DNA of 64,000 nt from sequence record PP596839.1. One strand, given 5' to 3'. The notes beneath the pieces were generated by a model, which saw nothing but the letters and a program-made list of their open reading frames with translations, was not told the DNA's origin and made no database searches. Positions 44,973 through 54,240 of this stretch are shown here, piece by piece. The translations under genes and the position numbers were made by a program. Numbering within the stretch: position 1 is the first letter of the stretch; each line of letters opens with the position of its first letter. This DNA is from Pseudomonas phage WP1.

Positions 44973-45500
44973 CTAAATGGGGTTGGCGCGGTCTTCCTCG
45001 GTCGGTTCCGGCGTCGGGGACGGGAAATCGCCCTCTTTACCGTCCTGTACATGGCCATTGGCTTCGGCCGCAGCAGCGACGGTGGCGGTCTGAGCCTCGG
45101 CTTCCGATGCGTAGAAGCCTGCCAGTCCGCGACCGACCCTGGTTCTGCCAGGCTCGTCAACGAACGTGATTTCGGCCAGAACGTTCAGTTCCTTGATGGC
45201 AGGTAGACGGCTAGAGTCCTTGACAGTGGGATCGCGAACCACCTGGAGAAGTTCGATGAAGCGCCGTCTTTGGATTCCACAGATCGGACGTTCTGGTCGC
45301 ATTCAGCTGGCTTTGAACTGCTTGCGATAGTACGGGTTGGACTCCATCGCGAAGATGCGAGCCTGGGCCGGCCCGTCCATTGTGCTCTTCGCCCCAGGTC
45401 GCCCGGAAGACCCGCCAGGAGCTGTAGCCTTGAACGCGCAGGTCGATGTACAGGTCGAAACGCTTCTGGTTGATCGCCGCGAACTGCGGATCAGCGAATT
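44973..45500 (-). CDS. Hypothetical protein (109-aa intact C-terminal ORF plus frameshifted N-terminal extension)
   Basis: MRPERPICGIQRRRFIELLQVVRDPTVKDSSRLPAIKELNVLAEITFVDEPGRTRVGRGLAGFYASEAEAQTATVAAAAEANG..; upstream fragment ..QFAAINQKRFDLYIDLRVQGYSSWRVFRATWGEEHN... Confidence 0.3.
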
Positions 45501-45669
45501 CGTGGCGTGACTAAATCGTCGGGTCTGTAGGATCTGGCGGTCATTTGTTGCTGCGTCCCTGGAGTTCGATTCTTGGACCGTCGCGGTTGCCTGGCTGTTG
45601 ATGGGACCTAGTGCTTTGCCGCGACATCTGAGTATGGCGCGATTGTACCATGGGGCCAGGGAGCATGCT

Positions 45670-45850
45670 CGATGGGCTGCTGGTGGGTGGCCTGTAGGTA
45701 TGGGTGGGTTGGATGGTGAATGAGTGTTAGGTGGTGTTATAGGATGTTATATGGGCGGCCTGCTGGCGGGTGAGGATCGGATTGGTGGGTGGCGGATGAG
45801 CGTTTGGATAAAATGTTAAATCGAATGTTAGGAATGTGTCCAGGTGAGCG
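45670..45850. repeat. GT-rich degenerate repeat zone (GGTGGGTGG, GGATG, GTTAGG/GTTATA motifs)
   Basis: The plus strand is almost free of C over about 180 bp and contains G2-3 tracts such as GGTGGGTGG...GGGTGGGTTGGATGG. Confidence 0.6.
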
Positions 45851-45987
45851 ATTCTGCCTTGTGGCTTAATTCCTGGTTCCGCTCGTCGAGTTTTGGTCCC
45901 TGCCGCTTAGTCCGCCGTGGTGTTGCCGCTGCCCATGGTTTGGAAGGACGGAAGTTTCCGGCGACCCTGCCGCGAGTTGAGCGGAAT

Positions 45988-46069
45988 CGGAAACTTGCCG
46001 GGTAATGTACAAGCTTAGCGCCGCGAGGCTTTCAAAGACTAAACTATTCCAAATTCCCAAATTCCCATT
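45988..46069 (+). repeat. Direct repeat element copy B (iterons TTCCAAATTCCCAAATTCCCATT)
   Basis: See copy A at 26468-26550. Embedded in AT-rich noncoding DNA (45950-46450), with GCGCGGCAGTAGGCC at 46204 echoing CCTGCGGCAGTAGGCT at 26710. Confidence 0.7.
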
Positions 46070-46454
46070 AATTTTATTAATTTTAAAGATAGGTAACGTC
46101 CGTGATAGATTTTTTCTATTAGGATTGTGCAGTCGATTTTCGCTGTAGAATAGTTTTAACCCATGCTCGGAAAACCGGGAATTCGGGAAAACGGCCGCAG
46201 GCCCGCGCGGCAGTAGGCCTCCCATCTTCCCAGTCAGAATCGCAGTCCAGGAATTTGCGGCTATTTCCACACAAAAATCCACCTCAAGCCCACAATTTCT
46301 CAGCATTTCACGGAGGATCCAGTCACCATCCATGCCATACCAACGCCGAAAATCTATCAGCTTCCCATAATACGCCATCGCCACGCCACCCTAATTCCCA
46401 CATGGCTTTCAAGCCTCACCCGTTCACAAGCTAAATTAATGTTCTCCGCACCAG

Positions 46455-46485
46455 AAAAAGACCGCCCGAAGGCGGCCTAATCCAG
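46455..46485 (-). terminator. Rho-independent terminator of the leftward replication operon
   Basis: On the minus strand: GGCCGCC-UUCG-GGCGGUC then UUUUUCUGGUG. Confidence 0.5.
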
Positions 46486-46503
46486 TCCATCTGCATCAGT
46501 ACA

Positions 46504-48227
46504 CTAAAAATCCTCGCCCAGTATCTTGGCTCGCTCTGCCCGTACTGCTCGAATTTTTGCCATGGCAGCCTCATCGGTCATGTCCGGATCGCCCTTTCTC
46601 AGCAGGTACACCAGCGCATCATTGAATGGCGGCAGCGTCGTCTGCATGCTTCTTCGACCAGTCAGGCGCGACCTTATCCACGGCGGCAGGCACCATCCAT
46701 TCAGGCCGTTCTTATTCGGAATGAATCCCAGCGCTTTCAGGTGTGGAGTTAAATGGCGAGAAATCGGCTTCTTCCTGGCGAGAATATCGAACCACTTCAG
46801 AATGGAAACGGTGTCTGCCCTCCACCCAGGAAGTCTTGGAATTCTTGCCAGGCTTAACCTCTTCGAACTCACGACTGATCAGGACATTGATCAGGTACAT
46901 GTCAGTCGTATCGTCGCGAACCATGCCATCGCGCATTCTCCATTTCCGAAATAGAGAAGTTCTGGACTTCGCGGTTTGCTTCCGACACCATATTCCAGGT
47001 AGCCGTCGACGCCATGCTCTTCGATCCACGGCGCGGCATCTCGGCCATCGCTTGCCAGGATTTGCGACCGAAGTCGGTGAAGTCCACCTTGAACGGTTCA
47101 TTGCCATCGCCCGGCTTGACCCAGTCTGGTTTTCCATCCTCATCGGGCAGTTGAGCAGCGAACATCGGGTAGAAACGTCGGTTCCCAGAGTCGTCCCGCT
47201 GGAGTCCATCGTAGCCGTTGCCGTCCATTATGGTGATCCATTGTCGCTTGATCGTCTCGCCCGGTTCAGGCTTCCTGGTCGAATGTATCAGAAGACCGCA
47301 CCAGAGAACTCCTTGATGCGTTCCATGTCGCCCTTTTTGAATCCTGACATTTCCCCGACGTTCGCAGTAACCGAGTTGCCGGTGATGTTGCGCAGGAATG
47401 GCGTCTGGTCATGCCGGCTCAGGTCGAGCTGGACTGGAGCCAGGTCGCGACCGCCCGACAGTTCCTTGCATGTCAGCAAGCCGAAATAGGATTTACCCGC
47501 ATCTTGCCCACCAGTCAAAGCCAGAGTAAATCGGGGCCGAAATTCCCGGATAATTGATGCGACAGTACAGGCTCAGCCAGAAATACTTGCTCACCATCCG
47601 GTTCAGTTCGGTGTCGAATGGCTTAAAAAGATCGATCAGGCAGCGTGCCAGTTCGCTCTTCGCCGTCCCACTCCGGAATCTTCTTCTCAAACGTCTCGAT
47701 CAGCGAGTTGCGGCGATATCGACGCGCCCAAACGCAGCAAGTCTCAGTCGTCTTCTTGATCGAGGGATCGTCCAGGGCCGCAGCCGCGAGGGCGCCCATC
47801 AGGTCAGTCGGATCGAGGGTCTTGTTGTTGAACGCCACGCCGCGATGGTCCACCAGCCGGCCGCGAAACTCATCGAAGTGCGGATGCGGGACGGTTCCAT
47901 CACCCTTGCAGAACAGGTGTCGTACACCGCTAGATAGTTGCTGTCGGAAGTCGAGCTGTATTTCGTGATGAAGTCGTCGAACGGCCCTTTCACCACCCGG
48001 CTGACCGGAAGATCGAACGCCTGGTCGAGCATCAGCAATCGCGCTCGCTTTCTCAGGCCTGGTTCCGCATGCGCCTCGGCGTATCTTGCCGCCTTTTGCG
48101 CGCGATGCGTTTCGTTCCTCGCAATCGCATCATCGGCCGCCTTGCTCGCGGCGGTCATCAAAGGGTCCATTCCAGCATCTTCTATCTGCGTGAGATCAAG
48201 CTCATCTGGACCCTGATTCGCCATCAT
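46504..48227 (-). CDS. SF3-type primase-associated helicase (D5 / P4 alpha-like NTPase), broken by at least 5 frame changes
   Basis: Walker A LTGGQDAGKSYFGLL; ..PVQLDLSRHDQTPFLRNITGNSVTANVGEMSGFKKGDMERIKEFSG..; C-terminal ..LRKGDPDMTDEAAMAKIRAVRAERAKILGEDF*. Confidence 0.5.
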
Positions 48228-48413
48228 CAGAAATATTATCTTCGTCGATAATCATGTTAGGTTTGCCGCCTTCTGCTTTACATGATCGGATTCAGCATTG
48301 CCTCTACATGCTCGAGGCGAAAGGGACGGCTATTATCTCCTACCTAAACCGGCATGGCTAATAAGTTCCGCCCCCATCCGAAAATTTCTGTACCGTTCGT
48401 CGATTAAAATACG

Positions 48414-48590
48414 TCAGACGCCACGACGAACCAGAACGTCAAAGCAGGAAAGGCCGAAGAAGAAGCACAGAAGCGACGCGAGGAAGTTTGCGACTTGTAT
48501 TTTCCATCCCTTTAGGCCTTCGAAGAAGATGATAAGGCCGAGGAACAGCAGGCCGATGGCGGTAATCAGGATTCCAGGATCGTTTTGCAT
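48414..48590 (-). CDS. Small membrane protein (58 aa)
   Basis: RBS ggagtagacaac before the ATG. MQNDPGILITAIGLLFLGLIIFFEGLKGWKIQVANFLASLLCFFFGLSCFDVLVRRGV*. Confidence 0.4.
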   Translation of the reverse strand: MQNDPGILITAIGLLFLGLIIFFEGLKGWKIQVANFLASLLCFFFGLSCFDVLVRRGV

Positions 48591-48595
48591 GTTGT

Positions 48596-49671
48596 CTACT
48601 CCTCACCGATATGACGGCGGTTGATTCTTTCCAGTTGTTCGACGATATAGGGTAGCACGACTTCATCCGTGAAGGCCGCCCAAGTCCGGCGATGCTCTTT
48701 GCGGCAGGTATCGTGGCCGCAGCCGAACACGTGTTCGTGCTCGGCTCCAGGGATCGGTCCGCGAAAGTAGGCGCCGAATGGATCGCCATTTGCGTGCTCG
48801 TCTCCCCACGGGCAGCGGATGCGGTATTTGCCGGACATGGTCCTGTTGGACCTGGCCGCCTGCTGCTTCGCCCATCTGTATTTCGTGCAGGTGTGCTCGG
48901 CATACTTCAGCCATCCTGGTCATACACCCAGTCGTCTCGGTTTATCTCCACCTTCTTCATCTGTGGCATTATGATGCGGACGCCAAAGGCCTGGGCAATC
49001 TCTTCCGGCGAGTAGCGCTTGGAATAGTCGGCGCTGTACAGGCGCACGAGTTCGGGCTTGCCGTTTTCGTCGGCATGTTTGAACTTGCCGTCTTTCCCGC
49101 GCTTGTTGTTGAAGCCGAAGGGCATCCGGCCGTAACGGCTGACGTCCTTGACTGTGTTGTCGCCGCCTTTCTTTAGCACCTGGTCCACAAACGAATAGAG
49201 CAGCGCCTTGAACTGGAGCATGTGGGACATCGGCTCTTTGAAGAAATACCAGAACTGGTAGTTGTTCGGCGAAGTCTCTACAATCGCGGTCGGCTCTAGT
49301 CGCTCGCGGAACTCGTCGCGGTCGAAGTCGCCCTTGGACCCTTTGCCTGAGCCGATGTCATCGACCATCAACGCCAGGCCGTGGCCGAAAGAGGCTTCGC
49401 CGCGCCAGTATCGCATCTGGCCGGTCTTCGGGTTGGGCGTCTTGATGGATGACGAGATGCAGGCGTAGGCGTTGGATCGGGAGTTTATGTATTTCCCTTC
49501 CTTCCAGGGCACAGGCCACCAGCCGGCGTTGAGCTTGCGGCCGTTCTCGTCGGTTTGGACTGTGGCCTCTTCAGCGTAGCCGACCATCACCCGTTCGTCG
49601 TCTGGAATCCCTCGGCCGAGTTCGCGCAGGAACTCTTCGGCCTGGGCCAGTCTTATTTCGTGAGGCTTCAT
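48596..49671 (-). CDS. Bifunctional primase-polymerase (PrimPol N-terminal domain) with a C-terminal zinc ribbon (frame change near 48900)
   Basis: ..GHGLALMVDDIGSGKGSKGDFD..PTAIVETSPNNYQFWYFFKEP.. is PrimPol-like. The C-terminus has ..KYRIRCPWGDEHANGDPFGAYFRGPIPGAEHEHVFGCGHDTC... RBS ggag upstream. Confidence 0.55.
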
Positions 49672-50097
49672 GCAAGTCGCTCCGGGCGCCCCTTGCGTCG
49701 AGGCACTTCCACAGACTGTCGCGCAGCACTCGCCTTTCTGGCGGAGTTTAGGCCATCTTCGTGGACCCGGCTCCAGGCTTCCATTATCTTGTGCTGCCGC
49801 GCCTTTTCGAGCGCCGGGGGAATCTTCGCATCATCGATGCCGCGCACCCACAATCGAGCATCAGGAACGTCGCCAGGTCCAGGAGGTTGTTCTCATTTCC
49901 CTTCAGCGCATGTTCGGCGAATCCGTTGATCAGAACATCTTCGTCGCAGTCGATCCAGCCGCCTCGGCCCTTATCGCGGGATCGCTGCAGCTTCTGGCGG
50001 ATCGCCGTTGCGAACATTGGACAGGGCATACTCGTCCTGAGCTTCGGGTTTTGCCTTCCTGAGAACGTCGAGGCTGGTCATGACGACTCCATCTACT
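49668..50097 (-). CDS. Hypothetical protein (frameshifted)
   Basis: RBS ggag. MEPKKPSPVDGVVMTSLDVLRKAKPEAQDEYALSN.. ..RGGWIDCDEDVLINGFAEHALKGNENNLLDLATF.. Confidence 0.3.
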
Positions 50098-50119
50098 GGT
50101 GAAGGTTTCTTCGGTTCCA

Positions 50120-50835
50120 TTACACAGGCTCCTTGCTAGTCGCGGCGTTGATGTACGCATCCAGCAGCTTCTGCGTATCAGCTCGGGCGACGCCATTGTA
50201 CAGTAGCGCCATTACGGCATAATGCATCGCTTCCGTCTCGCGAACCGGGATCAGGGCATAACCCTCTGGCGCGCCGTACCGAGACTTGGCGACCGCCAGC
50301 GCTTCGTTGAGCCGGAATCCTTCGCGTACCCAGTCCGTCAGCTTCCCTTCCAGCTCAGCGACCCTGGCCAGAGCAGCATCGCGCTCCAGGACGATCTTCT
50401 GGGCGGCCTTGATGCTGGCATTGTCGCCGATGAACTAACAGCTTGCCGTCGCCGTCGCCTACGCCCATGGTACATTCGTAGGTCGGCCGCTCCGCCTCTG
50501 CCTGCGCCGGTGAGGGTTGCGCCAGGGCATCGCGTTCCGCCTTATAACGGCAATAAGCATGGCCGTATTCATCGCCGACCACGCCGTCACAATAGCTCGC
50601 GGCCAGTTCGCTCCCGCGCTTTTCTGATTCGCCGAGTTTTTTCTCCAGCTCGATCGACCCTGGCCAGAGCAGCATCGCGCTCTTTGCGCATTCCATCCCA
50701 GGCCGCGAGGTGCTGCCGGGCCTGCTCTGCCAAGTAATCGCGATCAGCCCGCAGCTCCCCGACGATGCTGTCGCACTCGGCGACCGTTGTAAGAGCTTCG
50801 GGGTCTTTCAATCCATGGTCCTGCTCATAGACCAT
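50120..50835 (-). CDS. Hypothetical coiled-coil protein (frameshifted), paralogous in part to 50808-51293
   Basis: ..SIELEKKLGESEKRGSELAASYCDGVVGDEYGHAYCRYKAERDA.. versus ..SIRLEKELEESEKRWSEPEASQAENAEKKRLSEAYEWGHEDG..; C-terminal ..EGYALIPVRETEAMHYAVMALLYNGVARADTQKLLDAYINAATSKEP. Confidence 0.3.
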
Positions 50836-51293
50836 TCCCGACTCCCCCGCTGCGATACCCAGCCACTGCCGGCCTCTTCACAGTCTGCCTTCGCAAGGTC
50901 TGGTCGCTTCAGCAGCTCGTTAACGCAGGCGTCGCGCTCTTCCTTGCTGCTGCACCCAGGCGGGTTGTTCTGCCCGTCTTCATGGCCCCATTCGTAAGCT
51001 TCGCTCAGCCTCTTCTTCTCTGCATTCTCGGCCTGCGACGCTTCCGGTTCGCTCCAGCGCTTTTCCGATTCTTCAAGTTCCTTTTCAAGCCGGATGCTGG
51101 TTTCAGTAACTTCGGCGAGCCGATTCACATCGGTCTTTTCGAACTTGGGAGCGCATTGAGGGCAGTCCTCAAGGTGTCGCTGCGGCTCGTCGCTGATCCA
51201 CACCTGGCCGCTACCATTACAAATGGTGCATTTTCCATCGAAGTAAAGTTTGACCGATGCCAGTGCAGGCGGCGCACTTCCGAAGAATCTCAT
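50808..51293 (-). CDS. Zinc-ribbon (CxxC...CxxC) plus coiled-coil protein (161 aa)
   Basis: ..GKCTICNGSGQVWISDEPQRHLEDCPQCAPKF... Confidence 0.4.
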   Translation of the reverse strand: MRFFGSAPPALASVKLYFDGKCTICNGSGQVWISDEPQRHLEDCPQCAPKFEKTDVNRLAEVTETSIRLEKELEESEKRWSEPEASQAENAEKKRLSEAYEWGHEDGQNNPPGCSSKEERDACVNELLKRPDLAKADCEEAGSGWVSQRGSREWSMSRTMD

Positions 51294-51522
51294 TTTCAGC
51301 GAAATCGATTCCCGCCTTGGTTAGCATCCATTCAGCCCTGATGCGGCCGGTCCCTGCCCAGTTTTCGAACTCTTGCGCCTTTACATGGCCCACTGTCGAA
51401 GTTCATTTAGCGCCTTATTATTGGGACCGGTGAATGGCGGTTGGTTGGGATTGTTGTACAAATACAACAATGCAGTTTTATGGTGGTGATTCAGAGTCGG
51501 TTTATTGTTCATGCCAATCACC

Positions 51523-52309
51523 TCAGTTACAAATGGCGATATTGATCACTTTATCATGGCCGGCCGCGAACCTCTCCAGGAAGTCCACCAGGTCATTCAA
51601 GATGGTGCCAGCTCGGCCTAGTTTGTGATCGATCAGGAGTTGCGCAGCCCGGTGGCCGACGAATGTTCCTGCAGGAACCTGCGGCCACGCTTCGCCGATG
51701 CTTTTGAGCACCGCATCAGTATAGATTTTGTCTGCACCGACTTTGTGGTGGTCGAGGATCGTGCGGTCGCGAACATATCGATTGATGATCCGCCGCAGGA
51801 ACTCGTCTTCAGTCCCGGCCAGGGCGCCGCATTCATGAAGCTGACGCAGGAGGCGCCACCCCAGGTTACGCTTCCATTTCTCGGCGAATTCTTCGGCCTC
51901 TGCGAATGACGCACGCATAACGCTCTCGACCGGGATGGTGATCGCGCCGCCTTCTTTCGTCCCAGTTTCCAGGACTGCCCATTCACCGTGCTTGCGGTGC
52001 TCGATGAAGCCGATGAGCATTCCGACGTTCGTTTCAGATTCCGCCATCCCAGTCACGCGAACGACGGAATGGCGCGGGAACGCTTTCGATCCATGGAGGC
52101 TGGACTGGGAGTTGACCCACCCAGCGATGGCCAGGTCGGAGGCTTCGAGCATGGATCAGCTCGCGACGAATGCGAACGGCCAGAGCCGGGTCCAGCTCGC
52201 GACTGCGACGCAGGTAGCCGGGCTTTAGGTTCGGGTCGCGAGTCTTATCGACATTGGGATTCGGATTGCCGACCGGGAGTTGGTCGCGGTAAATCTTGCA
52301 TTCTTGCAT
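51523..52309 (-). CDS. Hypothetical protein, first gene of the leftward replication operon (frame change near 52150)
   Basis: An early-family promoter and RBS acagagga lie upstream. MQECKIYRDQLPVGNPNPNVDKTRDPNLKPGYLR.. then an intact 209-aa body. Confidence 0.45.
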
Positions 52310-52351
52310 TTAATGTATCCTCTGTTCTGGAGGGCAGTACAGGCGGCGGCG

Positions 52352-52381
52352 CTAGTATCGGCCACTTTCCTGCCGAAGTAA
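52352..52381 (-). promoter_or_regulatory. Early promoter family copy on the minus strand (TTTACT-17-GATACT)
   Basis: Minus strand reads tTTTACTtcggcaggaaagtggccGATACTagc ... ccagaacagaggatacattaaATG. Confidence 0.45.
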
Positions 52382-52403
52382 AGTTGGATTAAATTCGCTC
52401 GCT

Positions 52404-52477
52404 TTGACGAGTCAGCTGATAGTATACTCTTCTTGCGCAGAGGTAAAGCAGGAACTGTACGTTATAAGGAACATTCA
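52404..52477 (+). promoter_or_regulatory. Rightward replication-operon control region (TTGACG...TATACTCTTC box plus conserved CTGTACGTTATAAGGAAC before the start codon)
   Basis: TATACTCTTC recurs at 59634. CTGTACnnTnATAAGGAAC recurs at 55212 immediately before another ATG. Confidence 0.4.
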
Positions 52478-52900
52478 ATGGCGGAACATATTTTTACTCA
52501 CGAAGGTACTGTGGTGTTTGAGGGCCGATCCCGGACGGTGAAGCTTCGGCGCGGCAACCACCACTGGGTGGACCCCGATAGACATCGCTATAGCCCACAG
52601 GACGGCCGCGCCGCTTCCCAGGCTATTAAGGGTGCGGTCTTGGTCCTTTCGACCGTCCGCTGGCTCCCTGGTGCGAAGAAGGCCGCAGGCCAGGTGAAGG
52701 CCTTCCCTTATAAAGGAAGGGTCCACGCACTCGGCGCCGCTTGGCATTATGTTCTGTTGCGGCGCACGAAAAACTTCCATGTCGATCCGCACGGCCGCAG
52801 GTATCGTCGTGATACTGGTTGGTCTGTGGACGGCTTGCTTAAACTGAGCCTCAGTTCAATTAAACCTAGCGTTGGAGAACGCAAATATGTCAGCATCTAA
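52478..52900 (+). CDS. Basic protein with an internal tandem repeat (140 aa, intact)
   Basis: RRGNHHWVDPDRHRYSPQDGRAASQAIKGAVLVLS versus RRTKNFHVDPHGRRYRRDTGWSVDGLLKLSLSS. Confidence 0.5.
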   Translation: MAEHIFTHEGTVVFEGRSRTVKLRRGNHHWVDPDRHRYSPQDGRAASQAIKGAVLVLSTVRWLPGAKKAAGQVKAFPYKGRVHALGAAWHYVLLRRTKNFHVDPHGRRYRRDTGWSVDGLLKLSLSSIKPSVGERKYVSI

Positions 52901-54078
52901 CTTCACCGTCGATCAGGTCGAAGAGCGATTCGGATTCCGACCCAATGGCCAGCAGGTCGACGCTATTAATTCCGTCGTTAACTGGTATCGTGGTTGGTGT
53001 GATCGAGCGCACCGCCGCCAGGTCTATCGACTCGCCGGTTTTGCCGGAACTGGTAAGACTTCCATTGCGAAGATCATCGCTGAGCTTTGCTGCTCGATGG
53101 ACTGGACAGTCTTCATCGCACCGACCGGAAAAGCAGCAGCGCGTCTTCGTGAGAAAGGCTGCACCAGTGCCCGGACTCTTCACAGCTTTATCTATCGACC
53201 CATCGGTGAAGATGAAGACGGCGAAATCATGCCTGCCAACAAAGACTCGCTCGACGAGAAACCGAAGTTGGTAGTGCTCGACGAGTCGTCTATGATCGGC
53301 GAGTGGGATGAAGAGCGCCTGTTGTCGCATCGAATTCCGGTTCTGGAGATTGGTGACTTTGGCCAAGTTCCTCCTGTGCGCGGCGTCCAGATCTTCCATC
53401 GAGAACAGTTGTGATACCATCATGACCGAAATCGAGCGCAACGCCGGCAACATCGTTCGGGCGTCGATGCTTGTTCGCCAGGGCAAGCGCTTGCCATGCC
53501 GCGAGTATGATGACATGTTGGTCCGGGCCGGCTTCGATATGTCGGATGATGAAATGCGGACGTTCCTGGACAACGATGGTGTGATTCTTTGCGCTTACAA
53601 CAATACTCGCCGCCGCTTGAACGCACGGCGCTCGGCGAATCCTCGGCTACAGAGGTGCGCAGCCGGGAATCGGCGAGAAGCTGGTCTGCATCTGGGAACC
53701 AGGACGAACATGGAATCATGAATGGCGAACAGGCCATTCTGCTAGACTTCAAGCCAGTTCCTGAAGGGCAAGAGGATGACGACGAGCCTGATGAAATGTT
53801 GTTCGCCAAAGTTCGCATTATCGGCACGAACTATGAACGCTGGGTGAAGTTCAATCCCCTGAGTTTTTCGGCCGAGGAAGACGTGCGGCTGGAGGCGCAG
53901 AAGGCTATTGGCGGATTCGACTTCGGATGGGCGATGACGTTCCACAAGTCGCAGGGATCAGGAATGGAAACGGGTTGCTATGTTAGAAGAAAACTTGCCG
54001 TCCATCCCTTATAGTCAGTTGATGTATACTGGAATCACTCGCGCAACTGAATACTTACTGTTCTTGCGTAAAAGCTAG
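52887..54078 (+). CDS. Dda/RecD-like SF1 DNA helicase (3 or more frame changes)
   Basis: Walker A GFAGTGKTS; LVVLDESSM; ..VLEIGDFGQVPPV..; motif VI WAMTFHKSQGS; C-terminal ..YSQLMYTGITRATEYLLFLRKS*. Confidence 0.65.
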
Positions 54079-54240
54079 GAAATTCTCGAACATAAATAAG
54101 TTCCCTAGAGTCTGGACTTTCCCGAAAGAAAATATTTAGGAAAGTTCAGGCTAAGGGTATTCCCTTCTTCAATTAGTTTAGAGATAATTCCCCTCACAGG
54201 CCAATAAGCCATCCCTTTAAACATTCCCGGAGTAAGAACC
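54079..54240. promoter_or_regulatory. Intergenic region with five (A/T)TTCCC repeats
   Basis: aagTTCCCtagag, ctTTCCCgaaag, gtATTCCCttc, taATTCCCctc, acATTCCCggag. Confidence 0.3.

Noticed and set aside
45560-45600. tRNA-like T-loop motif (GGAGTTCGATTCTTGG) in the gene-poor region
   Set aside because: No pairing T-stem, acceptor stem or anticodon arm can be drawn around it. Other intergenic regions also gave no cloverleaf. No tRNA is called.
45670-45850. CRISPR-like array
   Set aside because: The repeats are short (5-9 nt), degenerate and irregularly spaced, with no unique spacers of 25-40 bp.
50213-50225. GGCATAATGCATCG box resembling the early -10 region inside a minus-strand coding region
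   Set aside because: There is no TTTACT -35 at the right spacing and no downstream plus-strand gene with RBS; most likely chance.
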